Origin: Callorhinchus milii
Lineage: Eukaryota
DNA length: 64,000 nt
Reading direction: 5' to 3'
NCBI RefSeq assembly: GCF_018977255.1
Contig: NW_024704743.1
Location: 35,094,001 to 35,158,000 of the forward strand
Below are positions 10,831 through 22,814 of the stretch, in pieces. The position numbers and the translations under genes were made by a program. The notes beneath the pieces were generated by a model. That model was given only the letters and a program-made list of their open reading frames with translations, searched no databases and was not told where the DNA came from. The first letter of the stretch is position 1. Each line of letters begins with the position of its first letter.

Positions 10831-12312
10831 CTTGAGACAACAGTGTCATGGTCGCCTGGCTCAGGAACAGGACTGCCGAGAACCACCACAGAGGATTGAT
10901 TCAGTTCTGGCATTCCATTACCAGGCACGTCATCTTGGGAGTCAACTCAGCCGCTCCCCCCAGGATAATCATTTGACACTTGGTAAATGCACGTCTGAGC
11001 CCTCACTAGGTGGAGAGCAGATACAAGAACTATCCCTGCAAGCCTTTTGATGAGCAGCACAGCTCAGTGTAAAATGCGTGAGAGCATTGTTAACCATCCT
11101 CCTGCTTACAGCTTGGCCAGAGACTCAGGGTTTGTTGTAGCTCAACCACCATCGACCAATGGTTCCATCAGTTGGAAATGCAAAGCTTGAGCAGTGGCTG
11201 CTCACCTCTGCATATCAATCAACGTGTATGCCAAGTTCTGGATATATGAACACGTGTTCATGAATCTGGACACCAGGTAACGTCTTCCCAGCAGCTATCG
11301 TCCCAAGCCACAGAGTTTCCTCTCAGCTATTCAACAGCATGTGCCTTCAACTTGGTGGGAGGACCTGGGAACGACAGCTTATGATGGCTCTGCCCACCTG
11401 AGTGGCTGAATACTGTTGGTGTTCGTGATTTAGTCTAGTTTGTGAATCAGCCAGTTTCCTTCCTATACAACAACTCTCAAGGGAAAAACAGCGTTACTGT
11501 AACACTTTACAACAGTACACTTTGTATCAGGACCCAAATTGCAGTAGATTCTGGACTGCAATGTATCTCGCACTGAGCTGAATTACAGAATCGTACATTT
11601 TGTAACAGCCAATGCAAAACAGTGTCCCATGAACAGCCAGTACCGGCAGCACTACAAGGACAGGGTCCTGCCAGCAGCATGTTTACATGGTCGACAAAAC
11701 TGCAAAGAAAAAGACCAAGTCAACAGTTCACAAAGTATATACAAGAAATAGCGACAAATTGATTAAATTAATGATGTCACTTGAGTACACTGTGCAAACT
11801 TGCTATTTGAGTTCTCCAGTGCTCTGTGCTCAGATGCAAAACACTGTGTCCACCCCATGCTGTTTAATTGGATCTCTGAAAATAAAACTGTATTGGGCCA
11901 TAGTTTAGTCCTTCCAGAGAACTACAGGTTCATCTTTCAACGCCAGATTGTCATTATTCCAGTATGTTAAAGGCAAAGTGGTTTAGTGGTTCTGTATATT
12001 TCTGTTCTTGAACATTGTAAGTATCAATACAAAAATATTTTTTCTTTGTTAAAGATGTGGACGATAGGTGTTGTAGAATTGTAAAAACTGAGGTATTGCA
12101 CCAAGGGTGTACATGCTTGAGTTGGTAAGCAACTTTGAAGAAACTAGGTTGCTCCCACTTTATTCAGGATAATAAAATCACATACCTGGTAGGGGAAAAG
12201 GGAAACTTGGCAGAGAATGTTGTTTTAATCCAGCGCCTTGGAAAGTCCTTCCGACGTGAAAGGCGCTATGGCTATACAAATGTAATTTAGTCTGAAATAA
12301 ATTATTCACAGT

Positions 12313-12665
12313 TAACAACAACAGCTTCCATTTGTGTGCGGGGTTGGTGCCCCGGAGCGCTTCACAGTGGTAAAATCTGACAATGACCCAGGGGGAGAGG
12401 GACACGGGAGGGGTCCATAAGTACAATCAAAAAGGAAGGTCTTTAGATCGGGTTTGAAGATTGGGAGGGAGAGGGCAAGGCGGAGGGATGGAGGGGGAGA
12501 GTTCCAGAGTTTTGGTCGTAGTAGCTGAAGGTACGCCACCGATGGTGGAACGGATGGCACGAGGGACAAATAGGAGGCTGGAGCCAGCTGAGTGGAGGCA
12601 GCGGATGTTGGAGTGGGGGGTAAGCAGGTTGGTTAGGTAGGGAGGTGCGAGGATCTTGCATGGAT
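12313..12665 (-). mobile_element. L2 3' fragment
   Basis: Encodes [10 protein letters not shown]...TIGG...LWNS...FKPDLKTFLF-type L2 C-terminus across frames. (CAA)n tail. Confidence 0.8.
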
Positions 12666-12769
12666 AACTAAGAACCAGTATCAATCTGGTGATAGTGACT
12701 GGAAAATGTGCAGTTCCAGACCTCGAGTGAAGGCAGTATGCTTTGAGGATAGGTGTCATTCATTATTAT

Positions 12770-13119
12770 TCACCCATTCATTATTCGAACCCCTTCAGTC
12801 AGGTTTCCGTGCTGCCCATAGCACAGAAACCGCCCTGGTCAAGGTCACCAATGACATCTTGACCATCTGTGACCAGGGCTCACTCTGCCTCCTCGTCCTC
12901 CTCGACCTATCGGCCGCATTCGATACGGTCGACCACGCTATCCTCCTCCACCGCTTGTCCTCCCACCTCAACCTTCAAGGCCATGTCCTTGAGTGGTTTA
13001 GGTCGTACCTCTCCCACCGTCTTCATTTTGTTTCCACAAATGGCTTTTCCTCCAGCCCCCGCACTGTCTCGTGTGGTGTCCCTTAGGGCTCTGTCCTCGG
13101 TCCCCTCCTCTTCACCCTC
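12770..13119 (+). mobile_element. L2 RT fragment
   Basis: [20 protein letters not shown]...[13 protein letters not shown]...GVP*GSVLGP. Confidence 0.9.
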
Positions 13120-13293
13120 ATTTTCAATCCACGACTGTTTGTGGGACATTGCTGTGCGCAATTGGCTGCCGCGTTCGCCCACAAATATACAGTCAATTCA
13201 CTTTACAGTGTGTTCTGTGAAGCGCTTTGGGACGTCCTCCCGACGTGAAAAGCGCTATATCAAATGCAAGGATTATTATTATTATTATTATTA
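13118..13293 (+). mobile_element. Young SINE 3' half, fused to the L2 RT fragment
   Basis: Near-identical to the 3' half of 8683-9002. Confidence 0.9.
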
Positions 13294-13565
13294 TCACCTT
13301 CGAAACAGACTTGGCTACCACAAAAACAACATCAACTTGGGCAAAAACCAAGGGGTGTGATTGGTACACAGCTGAGGCCAGCACTTTCAGTAAAGGGCAG
13401 AAAATTGGTGGGAAAAGGGTAAGAGATGGGAAACAATTGGTTTATTAGTGGCTGAGGATATCAACTGTAGGTTGTAAACAGCCAACAAGAATTATAGTTG
13501 TTCAAGGCTCTAAATTTTTCAAGTTACACATTGACATGTCTTCTTAAATCCTCGATTATCTTGGA

Positions 13566-13984
13566 TTCCTGTAGAACTATAGTGGTTAGAGCACTTGCCT
13601 CGCCTCGGTTTCAATTCCTGGCAGGGTGAAATGTTGGCCAAGTTTCCTTACTCCACATGGCTATTATATATATACCTGGCAGCAAGTAGGAACCCGGTTG
13701 TTAGCCGATTAGCGGATCGCTTTTCTGGGGGTAATAATTCCTTCAAAAAATAATAATAATAAATCGGTCACTTCAATCCATGACTATTTGTGGGACACTG
13801 CTGTGCCAATTGGCTGCTGTGTTTCGCCCACAAAATATGAAGTCAATTCACTTTACAGTATATTCTGTGAAGCGCTTTGGGACGTCCTCCCGACGTGAAA
13901 AGCGCTATATCAAGTGCAAGGATTATTATTATTATTATCTCGAAGACGTGATAAGGCACTATATCAAAATGCAAGGATTATTAT
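13566..13984 (+). mobile_element. Long (older) subfamily of the tRNA-Deu SINE, with a double tail
   Basis: Contains the extra internal segment acctggcagcaagtaggaacccggttgttag... and two successive tails. Confidence 0.85.
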
Positions 13985-14204
13985 CTTTGGCAGGGTGGGA
14001 TACACTGTTTGGGTGTTGACTGAAATTGCAATCTTTCTGACAGGAAAGCTAAATCACAGTATTCCACTCTGTGGGTAATGATCGTATAGGCTTAGGTGCC
14101 AAGTCTCTAACCACACGTGAAAACAATACTCCAGCAGACTTGAAGACAAGAACTATGCAGAGTTAGTTCCCCCTTATAACACTGTGTTTTTCTCTCTCAC
14201 ATAA

Positions 14205-14590
14205 TAACCCAGGCTTGACTATTCCAATGCTCTCCTTGTCAGTCTTCCCGACTCCTCCATACACTATCTATGCAGAATTCCGCTGCCCATGTCTTCTTCC
14301 ACAGGAGGCTTCAGCAGCCTTCACCCCTATCCTCACTCGACTGCACTGGTTCTCAACTCCCAGCAGATCAAATTAAAAATTCCTGTCCTCACTTTCAAAT
14401 GCCTCCATAGCCCCTCCCCGCCCTCTCTCTGCGGTTACTTCCCTGGCTGATCCCTCCTCATGTTTCACATCTCCCACCCGATTTGCCCCACTATTAGTGG
14501 GCAAGCCTTCGGCTATTTTGTCAGCTGTTTGAAGCACTATGAGATGTCCTCCCAAAATGAAGACACTGTATAAATGTAAATTGTTGTTAT
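14205..14590 (+). mobile_element. Degenerate L2 3' fragment
   Basis: RLDYSNALL- and KIPVLTFK-like remnants, (TTG)n tail. Confidence 0.7.
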
Positions 14591-14649
14591 TCCCAAAGTT
14601 TGAAAATAAGCTTTAAAATAGCACAACGTAGATTCTCACCTCCGCAGAA

Positions 14650-14717
14650 TCCACCAAAACACAAACAAGGAATTACAATGTCATTGAAATGGTTAACATT
14701 TATTCTGCATTTTTAAT
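14650..14717 (-). terminator. Probable LYRM4 polyadenylation signal
   Basis: AATAAA on the minus strand at 14704-14699 (ATTAAA at 14717-14712), followed by a GU-rich element (ccttgtttgtgttttggt, 14670-14653). Implies an AT-rich, repeat-free 3' UTR of about 0.8 kb. Confidence 0.6.
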
Positions 14718-15507
14718 AAGACAACAATGTGCTGTGAAGCACCACAGCAATGCTGTACAATTATTGGTGAAGCATCCTTGCTGGAGAAGTGTTCTCGTCA
14801 CCACACATTAGTCACAGTTAATGATTTATATTGATCCAATTCTGGGTTGCATTACAGTACTTGTTTGTGGAGTTTTATTTGTTTAAAGATACTGTAAGAC
14901 TTTTTTAATATAAGAGAAAAAGTTGTGCTCTTTCATTCACTGGGAGGCTGAAAGCGCATTTTTCATTGGGTAACCACATGAGTATTTTGAACAAAATGTA
15001 AGGATTGTAGTGGATGGTTTTATAATTGTAATAATCCTTACCATGACAAATCCAACCAGCAATAAGCACAGTTTGTACTGATGTATTTCATTTCAACTAT
15101 CCTTTGACGTCCATTTTTAGATTGGTTACATACGTGAAAAAAAATCTTAAACAGTACAATATCTATTAGTAGAAGAAATGTCTTAATATGTAAAAAAAAC
15201 AAGTCATACAAAAGTTACGTCCACGTATAGTTGTAAAGCTGTACATTACCACCACTCCCAAACATCAAAGAAATTGAGTAGCACTGATACTATTCACCTA
15301 AGCAATACATTAAACTGATTGGAATAGATGGTTGAGCATGCACTGGATCCCAAAGCTTTACATGAGCATGCACTGGATCTGTTGATTAACACATGAGAAA
15401 TGTAGAAGCATCTGTCCTTGAGGAATGTGGACAGTGAAGACAGTGATCGCTGACCCCGAGGTTGCATTCTAAAGGAGGTGGAGGAACATCAGTTGTTGCT
15501 ATTCTTG

Positions 15508-15570
15508 CTAATGCAGTTCTTTGGACTCAACAACAAGCTTTTTGGCCTCGTACAAGTGTCCGATTAGCAC
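15508..15570 (-). CDS. LYRM4: LYRM4 (ISD11, Fe-S cluster assembly LYR protein), terminal coding exon only
   Basis: Minus strand reads tcttaatgctgttgctcttttattcctcag|GTG CTA ATC GGA CAC TTG TAC GAG GCC AAA AAG CTT GTT GTT GAG TCC AAA GAA CTG CAT TAG = VLIGHLYEAKKLVVESKELH*. This aligns with the human LYRM4 C-terminus as recalled (VHIGQLYSTDKLIIE...). Phase-0 acceptor with a pyrimidine tract. Upstream exons were not found in the window. Confidence 0.85.
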   Translation of the reverse strand: MLIGHLYEAKKLVVESKELH

Positions 15571-15694
15571 CTGAGGAATAAAAGAGCAACAGCATTAAGA
15601 TACATTATTTTTCGAATCATAATTGCAGTGCAGGGCCATCAGGTCCTGGAAAAGAGGAAAGCTGAAGAAAGGTAAAGTGTCTGTAGGGAGAAAC

Positions 15695-16796
15695 TAGGAA
15701 AGTACAGACCTGTCAGTTTAACGTCAGTTGTAGGGAAAATACTGGAATCCATCATCAGGGACAGAGGAACTGAACACTTGGACAGGTATGAGTTAGTCAA
15801 AGAGTCAGCATGGGTTTGTGAGGGGTAGGTCGTGCCTGACCTGTTGCATTTTTTGAGGAGGTCATTAAACAAACAACAAGATTACATTTGTATCGCGCAT
15901 TTCTAAAATGTTGGATAAGAGAGTGTCTATGCATATCGTTTATATGGAGTTTCAGAAGACATTTAATAAGGTTCCACACAAAGGATTATTAGTGAAAATG
16001 GAAGAAATGGAGTCGGAGGTAACCTTGTGACGTGGCTTGGTAATTGGTTGGGAGGCAGAAAACAGAGAGTAGGGATAAAGGAAACATTCTCTGATTGGTG
16101 GGATGTGACAAGTGGTGTCCTCCAGGGGTCTGTACTGGGACCCCAGCGATTCGCCATATTTATATGTATATATATATAAATGACTTGGATAAAGGATAGA
16201 ATGTTTTATATCCAAGTTTGCAGACGATACTAAGCTAGTAGGCTCAATAAATTGTGTAGATGGGAGTAGGAAGTTACAAAGGGACTTAGACAGAATAAAT
16301 GAGTGGGCAAAGCTGTGGCAGATGGAGTTCAATGTAGGGAAGTGTGAGGTCATCCACTATGGACCGAAAAAAGCAGAATATTTTCTTAATGGGGAGAAAT
16401 TAAGAACTGTGGAGTGGCAGAGAGAGTTAGGTGTCCATATCCACAAATCACTAAAAACTAGTTTCCAGGTGCAAAAAATAATCAAAAAGTCGAATGGAAT
16501 GTTGGCCTAAGATGAGAACCCACCATTTAAGAGTGAAACCAGGAAGCATTTATTCACTCAAAGGGTGGCAGAAATCTGGAATTCTCTCCCCAAAAGTCCG
16601 TGGATGCTGGATCCATCCACACCTTCAAGAGTGAGGTTGATAGATTTTTGCTAGATCAGGGTATTAAAGGATATGAGGAGAAAGCAGAAATTGGAATTGA
16701 AAGAAGTAGTTGAGGTACAGATCAGCCATGATCTAATTAAATGGCGGAACAGGCTTGAAGGGTTGAACTGTCTCCTCCTGTTCCTATGTGCCTATG
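15695..16796 (+). mobile_element. CR1-clade LINE, RT and 3' end, disrupted
   Basis: YRPVSLTSVVGKILESII, SGVLQGSVLGP, FADDTKL, WQMEFNVGKCEVIH; cctatg-repeat tail. Confidence 0.9.
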
Positions 16797-17523
16797 ACAA
16801 AGGCCAAGTGTGGAAAAAGATTAGAGGGAACTCGATATTCTTCCGACCTTGAATGTGGACTGGCCACTATGTTATACCAAGTTCAAATATTGAACTTCGC
16901 CCATTCCCTCTGCAGTTATCACAGTGATAAACCTGGCAAGCTGCTTACACATACCCTCCACTAGCAGGCTCAATGCTGCACCATCCCGAGTCTGTGACTA
17001 AGGATAATAGAACTATAGGGCAACTCAAACAAAATAATTTACCAAATTCTTTACAACTTTAAAGAAGTCAGAGAAACAAAGGCATCTTTTCTAGAGATGT
17101 AGATTTAACTCGACAACTCATAAACCCCATCACTCGAGGAGGTTAAAGGCGGATGCAAATCACAGCCCGAGCTCATTGGTCAAAATTCAAGAGGCCATTA
17201 AAAATCTGCAGTGTAAAGTTCAAAGGCTTCTTTGACTCCATTTTTGAAAAAGGTTTGTCCCTGATTTGGCACCCCTGCTTTTACATTTATTGCACCACAG
17301 CTTCAAGGTGGGTAAACTATTCAGCTACAATAAATCCTATTGCCCAAAAAGGCAAAGATATGGACTCAGGTGATATGATAACTCAACACAGACTATAAAA
17401 GTCTGGCCAAGGTTAAAGAAACCAGACAAACAAAATGGTGGTTCTCCATTTGGTTCTCCCAGATGTTACCACTGAGACTACCTCCGCCCAGAGTATTCAA
17501 AATTTGGAATAACAAATACAGTA

Positions 17524-18629
17524 CAGTAAAACTCACATAAGTCATATCAATTGGCACCATAACATTTTATATGACTTATGCAAAGTCCGAGTTGCATATA
17601 AAATCTGATTTAATCAATAATCACCGTTGCGAATGCGTAATTCAATGCAGCCAATAAGTGCGCCTTTGGTAGTTTGTCACTGCAGACGGTAAGTGTGCAT
17701 GTTGTGACGGGTCAAAACTATGTTTACTGCGATTCAATGAGTCTTGACCCGTTGCTGCATTCTCACTTACCAGTAAGCGTTGAATCGCAAGAAATGAAGT
17801 TGTTTTGCGCATGCGGTGATGATTAAACGCTAATCTTCAGAGGATCCAGTTCAAGATCCTGGTCCTCACATACAAAGCCCTCCATAGCCTTGCCCCACCC
17901 TACCTCTGCGACCTCCTAACCCCCTACCAACCCGCCCATTCCCTCTGCTCAGCCGGCTCTGGCCTGCTCCACGTCCCCCGACCCACCCACCCCACCATTG
18001 GCGGAAGAGGCTTCAGCCACTCTGCCCCCAACCTCTAGAATGCCATCCCCCAGTCACTCCGCCTCGCCCCCTCCTTAGCCTCCTTCAGGTCCCGCCTCAA
18101 GACCCTCTTCTTCGACCATGCCATCGGCCACCCCCCTTCCCCTCCCTTCTCCCCCTCCCTGACCCCAGCTCGGATCTGAAATGCTGTACACTATCCAGCG
18201 CCTTAGGATGTCCTCCCGACCTGAAAGGCGCTATACAAATGTAACCTTGTTGATGTTGTATGTTTCCAGCGATTCAATGCAGCCGGCTGGTAGGTTTACA
18301 GGTGTCAGCGGGTCAGGATGTAATTTCCTGTTAATCAATGCAGCCGTGCGGGAATGCTGGAGGATAAGGGCGAGGCGGTACGAGTTAGGTAATTAATACA
18401 CCCACAAAATATACAGTCAATTCACTTTATAGTATATTCTATGAAGCGATTTGAGATGTCTCAAAGACATGATGAAGTGCTGTATCAAATGCAAGGATTA
18501 TTATTATGAGATATGAGTATTGTAAAGAAATCTAAGTGGTTTTGATAGGAAACTGAACGAGACTCGGGTAAATGTACGACTTAGGCGATTATATGATTTA
18601 TAAAGATAAGACTTATGCAAGTTTTATTC
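17524..18629. mobile_element. Tc1/mariner (Tigger/pogo-like) non-autonomous DNA transposon with nested insertions
   Basis: TIRs CAGTAAAACTCACATAAGTC (17524-17543) and GACTTATGCAAGTTTTATTC (18610-18629) match at 16/20. TA flanks both ends. Confidence 0.7.
17838..18258 (+). mobile_element. L2 3' fragment nested in the DNA transposon
   Basis: RIQFKILVLTYKAL...LAPPYL...TIGGRGFS...RLKTLFF, plus tail. Confidence 0.88.
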
Positions 18630-19789
18630 TATCAAAGTTTATCTGAATGGGTAAAAAAAAGTATAAGATTGTACCATCTTCAGCTTCCGAAGGAGGGAAT
18701 TAATTTAAATTATATTATTGGGTTTCTCATTTGTGCGCTGTGGTCACATGGAATCATATAGACCCCAACAATCGTTGAATAGGGATGGAGGCAAGTTGCA
18801 AATTACAATACAGTACAATTTACATTTATATAGCACCTTTTAAAAAAATCTTTCCTTCACCATCTGCAGCCTTTGAAAAAACTATTGATTTCATTTAAAC
18901 ATAGTAGAACAACACAACTCAAAAGGAAAAGGTCCTTAATTCACCAAGATAGGCCATCAACAGGATCAGATACAAACCAACAGATAAATTGAGCAATACA
19001 CACCCACCCGCGTGTCATCACAATGACACTGACATTGGTTTGATGACTGGTTTATGGAGGCTTATTGGCTCTCAAAACACTCAACAAAATGCACTCAACA
19101 AAATGCTCTTAGAGAGCACTGTATTCATGAAAGTGTTTGGTCAACTTTTTTCGGACTCCCTTCTTTTCGCCCACAAATATATGGTCAATTCACTTTACAG
19201 CATATTCTGTGCAGCGCTTTGAGAAGTTAGAAGACGTAAAAAGCGCTATATCAAATGTAAGGATTATTATTTTCTTCAACAATGCCACTAATGGGGAAAT
19301 GGGCAAATGAAATGCGACTTCTAACCAAGAGTACAATCTTCCAGTTTTGAGTCCATCAGGTTGCTTTCACCACAAATTTTGTACAATCCAAAATTTGCAC
19401 ATTTTATGCTCGGTGCCTTGGTTAGTGAAATTCAAGCTGCAATAATCATGTGCAACAACGTAACTGGGCTGATTCCAATTTACTGTATTACAGTCAAGGC
19501 TAACACTGCCAAGTGTGCACTGTACAGAACTGGAAGCATTAAAAAGGATGCCAGAACTGAATCAGAACTGCTCAATTACATGGTCAGCACTTACACTTTA
19601 AAATGAGGACAGAGCAGGCAACTACTTTACAATGGAAAGCCTGGAGAAATTAAAATAAAGTGAATTCAGACAAAACAAAGGTGCTGATGATCTTTCTCAA
19701 TGAAAAATGCCCTAAAGGACAATCTGAGCCTGGTACCCAGAGGGAATTTCACAGCAAAAGGTGCCAAATTGGTTTTGGGAGTGAGTGCC

Positions 19790-20090
19790 TGAATAGAATC
19801 CAAGCTAAAATCCCCTGGTGCGGGAGAGGACACGGGCTGCAGAGTTCTGGATGATCTGCAGCCTACGGAGGGAGGAATTGGGAAGGCCGACAAGCAGGGA
19901 GTTCCAGAGTCAAGCCTCAATGTTACGTATGAGGATTTCAGCGACCTGCGGTGTGAGACAGTGGTGGAGCCGGTCGATATTGCGGAGGTGGGGGAATGCA
20001 GAGCCAATCAGGAGGGCCTCAGTCTTGTTGACGTTCAACTGAAGAAAGTTAGCTCTCACCCAGGACTTGATGTCTGACAGACATTCTGTC
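19790..20090 (-). mobile_element. L2 RT fragment
   Basis: LTECLSDIKSWVRANFLQLNVNKTEALLIG. Confidence 0.85.
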
Positions 20091-20657
20091 AAAGACCACA
20101 TTCTTTGACAATTTCATTTGCTATTGACTGATGGGCACCAAAAAATGCCATGATAAGATGATCTTAACAATGAATCTTTGGCCAAAAAATGATTGAAAAA
20201 TGGATCGTTTGCTTAACAGGCTTTCCCAATCAATTTTTAATATTGTTGTAATCAACCACAAGAGAATTAAAGTATCCAAAAGCTTTTAGTCATTTTCTGT
20301 TTGGAAAGTAAAGTCTGTATATACTTGGCAGACTTAAGAATCACAATTCTCCATCAATGCCAGGAAAGACAAGTGAAGTTTGCACACTGTGTGTTGCATG
20401 TTACTCACTCTCTTGGCAGACTGCATCAAATGATTTTAAATTTAACAACCAAATGCTTTGTAGTTCTAACTCTCAGAAGAAAACAATTGCCATTTTCTAA
20501 ATATAGCACTTCAAAGCAAAAGCAAAAATACTGCAATGGGTTTGTCTGTTTGTGGTCAGTTTGTGTAAAAAAAACAATAACTGGTTCGGATTAAAATAAG
20601 TACTGATGTCCAGGTTTGGTGATTGGTTGGTAACTATTTCATAATACTTTCTGTGCA

Positions 20658-21088
20658 GTCCCATAGCGTAGTAGTTAGCACACTTGTCTCGCAAGCAAGA
20701 GGACCCGGGTCCATTTCCTGGGCAGGGCAAAAGCTTAGGCAAGTTTCCTTACTTCACACACCTCTGTTTACCTAGCAATGAGTAAGAACCCGGTTTTCAT
20801 TCGATTGTCGGTAATAATCCCCTCAAAAAAGTTAAAAATTTGGTCACTCATTCCACGACTGTTTGTGGGACACTGCCGTGCTCAATTGGCTGCTGCGTTT
20901 CGCCTACGTGGTCAATGCACTTTACAATACATTCTGTGAAGCTCTTTGAGATGTCTCAACGACATGTTAATACAATAGAAAATCACATTTGTATAGCGCC
21001 TTTCATGTCAGGAGGACGTCCGAAGGCACTGGATAGTCAGGGATTTAAGGCGGTGTATCAAATGCAAAATGCAATGATTATTATTATT
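20658..21088 (+). mobile_element. Long-subfamily SINE with an antisense L2 tail piece inserted near its end
   Basis: tRNA head, long internal segment and Deu segment. About 20985-21030 is a reversed L2 tail. Confidence 0.75.
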
Positions 21089-21847
21089 TTCTGCTTCTTC
21101 ATATAAGGATTAGAACAGGAATTAAACCCTAACCAAGAAGAGAGGCGTAATAAATACTGTTGCTTTAAATACTGTACCACAAGGTCAGCTATGTGGGAAT
21201 CTGAATGTTTAATTATTGTAAACCTGACATTGTGATTTTAGAGCATTGTATAAACAAAGAGAGAAAATTAATTAATTAATTAACATACAGCAACAATAAC
21301 TTGCACTTATATAGATCAGAGCAGTGTCTCAGAGCACTTATACCACCATCTTCCCCAAAGGCTGATCATGGACATCTTCCCACCCACTTTAGAATTAACC
21401 TACTAAGATAAGAAAAGGGCTTGAGGGAACTCTCCACACGTATGCTCAGGGGAACCCTCTAACACAAGAGAAACCTTCCATTGGTACCCAAAGTTGTGCT
21501 ACTCTCTGTGGTAAACCAAATTATCCAAATAGCTTACCTTCAGAAGACTTTTGCCAGCTAAAATGAAAACATTCTTAGGCCTATGACCAAACAGGCCTCT
21601 TTCATGGATCAGAGCTCCTGGATATAAAGTAGAAGGTTTCCTCTGCCATATTTGTGAGGTCCAAGATCAAGTTATGAAGGAAGTTTATGGTGAAACAAAA
21701 CAAAATTACATTTGTATAGCGCCTTTCATGTTGGGAGGGGGTCCCAAGGTGCTGGAAAGGTAAAACAGCTGTATGGAGGAAAGGTTCCAGCCAACACATT
21801 AAAGTATCTTGATGTTTTGACCTGGGTATATTCCATATAAGCTATCG

Positions 21848-22238
21848 GTCTGGCTCAGTGGCAGCACTCTCATCTCTGGTTCAGAATGCTGTGAGCTCAA
21901 GCTTGGTGGGATTTTGAACTCATAGTCTAGGCTCGTATCCCAATGCAGTGGTGGGGGAGCACTGCATTTGTCAATGGTACTGTCCTCTGGATGAGAAGTT
22001 AAAGTAAGGTCACGGTTGTCTGTTCAGGTGGACGTCAAGATTCCTATGGCACTATGTCCTGATCAATAATCCCCCAGATGCAATTGGTCAATCACTTCAT
22101 GGCTGTTTGTGTGTCATTAGGATTGGGTGCAAGTTATTGTATTAACTTACAAATAGATGGTTTACAGTAAATCCTGTGAAGGTTTTGAGTTATTTTGACG
22201 ATTTGATAAGGCAAAAGGAAATGGAAGGATTATTATTA
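21848..22238 (+). mobile_element. Old SacSINE1-like Deu-SINE
   Basis: tggctcagtggcagcactctc head; catggctgtttgtg Deu remnant. Confidence 0.65.
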
Positions 22239-22814
22239 TGGATGCCACCCCTGACATCGCTGGTCTGTACCATCCTACCTCCTTGCTTCGTGTGCATACA
22301 ATATGAGGGAAATAAAGTTTATAAAGTGCCATGCCCAAAAAGGTTATACAGTATTCACATAGTGACTGGCAGGTATGTTGTATTGACCAGTGTGAATTCT
22401 GCTCGTATGTAATCTTCTCTGGAGCACATTATTCTGCACTTCCAGTCAGCAGCCGGAGTCACCAGCTCTGATTCTGAGTCACCGTTTACCAGCACTGATT
22501 GTGAACACTGCGGTTTCTATTCCAGGTGGTTTATTTTAATGATGAATCCTGTCCCGTCTTTACACAATAAATCACTGGTTTTGGAAATGCGATCAAGACA
22601 TAAAATGAGTCGAAGGGCGATAGATGTCAGCGCCTTCTTCAGGCAACAGAGGCATTTTAAATTAAAGTGCTGTCCTCTAGCAGTTCTATGTGATTATTTG
22701 ATCAGTTGCCATGGTACAAGCATGTACAACACATACACCTCCTGGGTTTAATAGTCGAATTCTCTGCAGAACCACATGGTTGATATCTGAGCAACAACTC
22801 GCTTCCTGTTAAAA

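Noticed and set aside
11246..11261. Perfect 16-bp palindrome ATGAACACGTGTTCAT with E-box
   Set aside because: About one palindrome of this length is expected by chance in 64 kb.
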